Of a stretch of DNA of 64,000 bases, positions 59,767-64,000 are shown piece by piece. Below the pieces are notes generated by a model that was not told where the DNA came from, ran no database searches, and was given only the letters and a program-made list of their open reading frames with translations. Source of the stretch: an uncultured Chloroflexia bacterium (GTDB lineage: Bacteria > Chloroflexota > Limnocylindria > Limnocylindrales > CSP1-4); the NCBI GenBank assembly GCA_963711105.1, contig CAVQCV010000005.1:1025092-1089091 (forward strand), given 5' to 3'. How positions within the stretch are numbered: position 1 is the first letter of the stretch; each line of letters begins with the position of its first letter. Position numbers and translations under genes: made by a program.

Positions 59767-60735
59767 ATGAGGCTCGGGCGCCGCATCCTCAAGATCGTCG
59801 GGGCGATCGCGCTGGTCGCCGTCCTGGTCGTCGCCGTCGTCGTGGTTCGCTGGATCAAGTCCATCCCACCCGCCGGCCCAGCCGGCAGCACCACGCCCGG
59901 CACCTGGACCTACAAGTTCGAGTTCGGCGGGACCGAACGCTCGTACGTCCTGCACGTCCCCAAGAGCCTGGACGCGACCCGGCCCGTACCGCTGTTGATG
60001 GAACTGCACGGCGGCGGCGGATCCGGCGACCGCATCGACGGCCTGACCGGCTTCTTCGCCCTGGCGGATCGCGAGGGCTTCGTGGTCGCGGCGCCGAGCG
60101 GCATCGGCAGAGCCTGGAACGACGGGCGCGAGGAGAAGGCCGGCGCGACCGGCGGTGCCGACGACGTCGGCTTCCTCTCGGCCGTGATCGATCGAGTCGA
60201 AAGCCAGGCCTCGATCGATGCCCGGCGCGTCTACGTGACCGGCATGTCCAACGGGGCCATCATGTCCGGCCGGCTCGCCTGCCAGCTCTCGGATCGGATA
60301 GCGGCCGTGGCCCAGGTCGCGGGCACGGCCGCCGTCTCGGTGGCGGCGAGTTGCGATCCCGGCCGCCCCGTGCCGATCCTGGAGATCCACGGCACCGCGG
60401 ACCCGCTGGTCCCGTACGGCGGCGGAACCGTGGCCTCGATGCTCGGCGGACGCGGGGACGTCGTGAGCGTGGACGGCTGGGCCGCGGCCTGGGTGGCCCG
60501 GAACGGCGACGACGCCACTCCCCAGACGACGATCATCGGATCGGACACGACCGTCCGGACGTGGCACGGCGCCACTCCCCGATCCGACGTCGTGTTCTAT
60601 CGGGTGAATGGCGCCGGACACACGTGGCCGGGCGGCTCGCAGTACCTGCCCCGTCTCATCATCGGCACGACGAGCGACAGCTTCGACGCATCCGACGTCA
60701 TCTGGGCCTTCCTGTCCGCCCACCGGCTCAGCTGA
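59767..60735 (+). CDS. Secreted esterase of the PHB-depolymerase/LpqC-like alpha/beta-hydrolase family
   Basis: N-terminal TM/signal, nucleophile elbow GMSNGA, HGTADP motif. Confidence 0.65.
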   Translation: MRLGRRILKIVGAIALVAVLVVAVVVVRWIKSIPPAGPAGSTTPGTWTYKFEFGGTERSYVLHVPKSLDATRPVPLLMELHGGGGSGDRIDGLTGFFALADREGFVVAAPSGIGRAWNDGREEKAGATGGADDVGFLSAVIDRVESQASIDARRVYVTGMSNGAIMSGRLACQLSDRIAAVAQVAGTAAVSVAASCDPGRPVPILEIHGTADPLVPYGGGTVASMLGGRGDVVSVDGWAAAWVARNGDDATPQTTIIGSDTTVRTWHGATPRSDVVFYRVNGAGHTWPGGSQYLPRLIIGTTSDSFDASDVIWAFLSAHRLS

Positions 60736-61384
60736 ACCTGGTCTGGGCCCGGGCACCGGCGCCCGTCGACGGGACGGCTGCCGACACAAAGAAATGCCCC
60801 CGCCGTATGTACGGCGGGGGCATTCCACGCTCGCAGTCGGGCGCGAACGCACTCGGAGTCGAGCGCCCGGAACGGGCCGTCCCCGCTCCGCAATTCGCCG
60901 GCCGGCGCCCTAGCGGATGTAGCCGGTGTACGTGTTCGTCACCCCGATCGGCGATGGCAACGGAGGTGCCAGTCCCGAGCCCAAGGCGGCGGGCGTAGTC
61001 GCCGGTCCCGCCGGTCAGAGCCCAGACGAACTTCTCGCCGCCCGAGTTGCCCCGAACGAGCAGCGTGAAGTAGAGGGCCCCGCTCCCGTCCGAGCAGGTG
61101 AACGTCTTGTCGACGGTGAGGACGTAGCCGTTCTGGTTGGGCCCCCGCAGGTAGGTGAGGCTGGTGTCGTCGACGATCCCGGCCGCGCAGATCAGGCTGC
61201 TGCCGCTGGTCGTGAACGTCCCGTGGTTGAGCGGATTACCTGTGGTGCTCGAGACGACCATGTCCGACACGATCGTGACGCGCTGGGGCCTCGTCGCCGC
61301 CGCGGCCGGACCCGCTGCGGCCAGAAGTACCGAGACCGCCATCAGGGCCGCGAATGCCCGCGCCGGGAACTTGATAGTGCTCAT
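60728..61384 (-). CDS. Secreted protein, paralog of the anti-sigma factor's extracytoplasmic domain
   Basis: Signal peptide MSTIKFPARAFAALMAVSVLLAAAGPAAA. Shares FxCxDGSG...L.GGTG.YA.L.G.GTGT blocks with the 61579-62361 protein. The 3' end is suspicious because the ORF runs through the terminator-like hairpin. Confidence 0.45.
   Translation of the reverse strand: MSTIKFPARAFAALMAVSVLLAAAGPAAAATRPQRVTIVSDMVVSSTTGNPLNHGTFTTSGSSLICAAGIVDDTSLTYLRGPNQNGYVLTVDKTFTCSDGSGALYFTLLVRGNSGGEKFVWALTGGTGDYARRLGLGTGTSVAIADRGDEHVHRLHPLGRRPANCGAGTARSGRSTPSAFAPDCERGMPPPYIRRGHFFVSAAVPSTGAGARAQTRFS
60793..60824 (-). terminator. GC-rich hairpin (15-bp perfect stem), terminator-like
   Basis: aatgcccccgccgta-tg-tacggcgggggcatt. 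The minus-strand orientation is followed by UUCUUUGUGU. Confidence 0.45.
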
Positions 61385-61578
61385 GGTCCATTCCTCTCTG
61401 CCGGCGGCCTGACCGTGATCTCCCCCCGGCCCGCCAATCGGACCGTGTGCCACGGCTTTCCGCCACAACACACAGATGAGACTCCCGGCCCAAATGTCCC
61501 CAGGTGTCGTCCATTTGACACACCTCGCCCGGTAGGCGGCCTCGACCTGTGCGCGGCGCGGGATCGGGCCCGGTCCGG

Positions 61579-62361
61579 TCAATGCAAGAGCGATCCCGTC
61601 AGCGTGTTGATCGCCTGGCTGGGACCCGGACTCGTCGTCGTCCCGGTGCCGGCGCCCTGGAGGTCCGCATATGCCCCGGTGCCGCGCAGGATCTGCCACT
61701 GCAGGGACTCGATCCCCGGCGTCTCGACGTGAACGCGAAGCTCCAGGACGAAGCTCCCGCTGCCGTCGTCGCAGCTGAACTGCTTGGGCACGGTGAAGTC
61801 CGTCAGTGAGCCGCGGCCGATCGCGCCGGAGTCCACGACCTCGAGATCGACGACGGTTCCGTGCTGGCAGACCAGACCCATTTCGACGGCCTGGCCGGTC
61901 GCGTTGAAGGTGCCCGTGTTCGGGCCGTCGGCACGGTCGACGATGAACGAGGTGAACACCACATCCTCCGGCTGCCCGCTCGCATGGGGGCTGAGAGAGG
62001 GCGCGGGCGTGGCTGAGGGTCGAGGTGTCGTGGCGCCGCTGGAGGGGGTGACGAGAGGGCTCTCGGCCGCGTGAGTCGGCGACGCCGCCCCGGGCACGGG
62101 AGATGCGTGCCGGAACGGGCCCACGGCCAGGAGGTTCATACCCAGCGCCAGAACGACCACTGCCGCGACGGCGACCCAGGCGAGGTTCAAGCTCGGCCAC
62201 CGCGGGTCCGGGCGGGGGCGGGGCACGAGACGGCTAAGGCGGGGCTCGCTCGTCGCCAGCGAGTGAGCCAGGCGCCCGGCATCGATCTCGGTGGGCGCCG
62301 TCTCGACGAACTCGCGTATGGACGCTCCGAGGCGTCGCTCGAAATCCTCACGCCCGCTCAT
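61579..62361 (-). CDS. Putative membrane-anchored anti-sigma factor
   Basis: ATGA overlap with the ECF sigma gene. Cytoplasmic N-domain, one TM (LNLAWVAVAAVVVLALGMNLLAV), extracytoplasmic C-domain. Confidence 0.55.
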   Translation of the reverse strand: MSGREDFERRLGASIREFVETAPTEIDAGRLAHSLATSEPRLSRLVPRPRPDPRWPSLNLAWVAVAAVVVLALGMNLLAVGPFRHASPVPGAASPTHAAESPLVTPSSGATTPRPSATPAPSLSPHASGQPEDVVFTSFIVDRADGPNTGTFNATGQAVEMGLVCQHGTVVDLEVVDSGAIGRGSLTDFTVPKQFSCDDGSGSFVLELRVHVETPGIESLQWQILRGTGAYADLQGAGTGTTTSPGPSQAINTLTGSLLH

Positions 62362-62882
62362 CGTTCAAGCTCCGCTCGGAGGCGATCGAGAACGCGATCC
62401 AGGCGGCTCCGGACGCCTGAGGCCGACATGCGGAGAACCTCGCCGATCTCGGCCGAGTCCAGCCCGGCGGCGTAGCGCAGACCGATGAGGGTCCGCTCCT
62501 CCGGCTTGAGTCGCGCCAGCGCTTCGGCGACGTCGAGGGCGACCGCCGAACGATAGGGCCCCGGTTCGCCGACTCGATCCTCGATGAAGTCGATCCTGAA
62601 CGCCGAGACGCGGCGCTGGGCGCGCACGAGCTGCCGCGCCTCGTTTGCGGCAACCGAGAGAAGCCAGGCTCGAATCTGCTCATGATCTCGAAGCGACCCC
62701 AGGCGTCTCCAGGCAATCGTCCAGGCCGACTGCACTGCGTCCTCCGTGAGTTCGCGGTCGCCGCCGCAGATGAAGTAGGCAAGGCGAGCCATGTCGGAGT
62801 GGAATTCCTCGACGAGCCGGGTGAAAGCAGCTTCATCGCCGGCGGCCGCTCGCGGCACGAGCGCCACGATGGCCCGGGCCAC
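62358..62882 (-). CDS. ECF (sigma-70 family) RNA polymerase sigma factor
   Basis: Region 2 (FTRLVEEFHSDMARLAYFI) and region 4 HTH (LIGLRYAAGLDSAEIGEVLRMSASGVRSRL). GTG start chosen. Confidence 0.8.
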   Translation of the reverse strand: MARAIVALVPRAAAGDEAAFTRLVEEFHSDMARLAYFICGGDRELTEDAVQSAWTIAWRRLGSLRDHEQIRAWLLSVAANEARQLVRAQRRVSAFRIDFIEDRVGEPGPYRSAVALDVAEALARLKPEERTLIGLRYAAGLDSAEIGEVLRMSASGVRSRLDRVLDRLRAELER

Positions 62883-63098
62883 GGGCGCGCGGGGCGGCGC
62901 CGTGGCCCGAATCCCGGACGACAGACCCTCTGACAAGAGTTGCTCCCCCCACTTCCTCCTGCGCGATCCGTCATTGCCAACGTGCCAGATGAGAACCGGC
63001 CAACAACCCGGCCGGCCGGTGAGGATTCTACGCCAGCGGAGAAGCGCTCCGCCGCCCGCCATCCGGACCCACCGGCATCGCGAGGCGAACTCGAGCGC

Positions 63099-63812
63099 CT
63101 ACGCCGGCGCAACCGCCGGCGCGGCCGTCTGCCCGGACTCGGCCGGTTCACGCAGCCCTTTCGCAATGAGCCAGACCGCGAAGACCATCTCCTGCACCGC
63201 GAACGGCATCAGCAGCAGTGAATAGTCGGCAAACTCGGTGCGGCTGACGATCGCGTACAGAGCGATGCCCAGATACGTGACGATCGTGACGAGGCCCCAG
63301 CCCGAGAGCCAGCGTGGCATCAGCTCGTGCCGCCAGAACAGCCAGTAGTAGATGAACGCTCCGACGGCGAACGGGAGGGAGGCGAACGTACCGCACTGGT
63401 TCGCGATCGCCCGGAGCGCCGAGGCCGACGATCCGACGGCCGCCGAGCCGACCGTGCCGGCCGCGGCCGCGTCCTGGCCGACAGCGATGAGAGCGGCCGC
63501 GATCGCCGCCGACACGAGGAACAGAGTGCCTTCGATGGCCCGCAACCCGGCCACTGCCATGGCAAGCCCGGCGTCGAATCGGCGCAGGATCGGGTACATC
63601 GCGAAGCCGACCCCGGCGCAGGCCAGGCCCATCAGCCCCGACAGGGCCGCGAATACGGCGACCCGGTCGGAGTTGGCGGCGACCCCGGCAACGAAGTCGG
63701 AACCGTCGAGCAGCGTCCCGAGGACCGCGAGACTGGCCACTCCGTTGACGGTGGCCGCTACGAGCGTCCATCCGGCAAGCCCGGCGAACCTTCGAGTCGT
63801 GCGAGGGTTCAT
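63099..63812 (-). CDS. DUF4386-like integral membrane protein
   Basis: Six predicted TM helices. 4-bp overlap with the upstream HTH gene. Confidence 0.55.
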   Translation of the reverse strand: MNPRTTRRFAGLAGWTLVAATVNGVASLAVLGTLLDGSDFVAGVAANSDRVAVFAALSGLMGLACAGVGFAMYPILRRFDAGLAMAVAGLRAIEGTLFLVSAAIAAALIAVGQDAAAAGTVGSAAVGSSASALRAIANQCGTFASLPFAVGAFIYYWLFWRHELMPRWLSGWGLVTIVTYLGIALYAIVSRTEFADYSLLLMPFAVQEMVFAVWLIAKGLREPAESGQTAAPAVAPA

Positions 63813-64000
63813 CGATTCTCCTCAGATTCGGGGTACTGGAAGACTTCGTCGAGCCGAACGCCGAGCGCGTGGGCGATCTGGAAGGCCATCTCGAGCGACG
63901 GCGAGTACTTGCCCTGCTCGATGGCGATGATCGTCTGGCGTGTGGCGCCAACCCTGTCCGCGAGATCCGCCTGCGTCATCTCGCCGTGGGCGAAGCGCAA
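63809..64000 (-). CDS. Small XRE-family HTH regulator (possibly truncated by window edge)
   Basis: HTH LADRVGATRQTIIAIEQGKYSPSLEMAFQIAHAL. The ORF reaches the window end, so the true start is unknown. Confidence 0.55.
   Translation of the reverse strand: MRFAHGEMTQADLADRVGATRQTIIAIEQGKYSPSLEMAFQIAHALGVRLDEVFQYPESEENR

Overview
This 64-kb window is about 70% GC and most likely comes from an actinobacterium or a Chloroflexi-like organism. Most of it is a housekeeping backbone. That includes glutamate synthase gltB and gltD, signal peptidase I, an aldehyde dehydrogenase, Ada, an F420-type LLM oxidoreductase, adenosine deaminase, a polar amino-acid ABC transporter with two tandem substrate-binding proteins, the dihydrolipoamide acyltransferase E2 with lipA, zwf translationally coupled to a GH15 glycosidase, lpd, ppc, NnrE, a GGDEF cyclase, a LacI regulator, a LysM-M23 peptidase, and an ECF sigma/anti-sigma pair. 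Three tRNA genes on the minus strand (Arg-TCT, Glu-CTC, Gln-CTG) punctuate this backbone. Three things stand out.

(1) A roughly 7.3-kb integrative element sits at tRNA-Gln, from 51380 to 58637. It is bounded by a perfect 48-bp direct repeat of the tRNA 3' end, and a tyrosine integrase lies next to the intact tRNA. Its cargo is an XRE/Xis-like HTH protein, a putative replication or DNA-binding protein whose ORF contains DNA-level direct and inverted repeats, an operon of four overlapping small Ala-rich proteins, a standalone HSDR_N-like PD-(D/E)xK nuclease, a lipoprotein, and a C8G9 homopolymer palindrome.

(2) A 2.7-kb islet lies between tRNA-Arg and tRNA-Glu. It carries an orphan alpha-class N6/N4 DNA methyltransferase and AT-richer small ORFs. 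A lipoprotein serpin sits directly on the other side of tRNA-Arg.

(3) A non-coding array of about 24 tandem copies of a 23/24-bp unit runs downstream of the ABC transporter (26478-27047).

Functional calls are based on motifs I recognised in the translations. No database search was possible, so family assignments are inference from conserved motifs.
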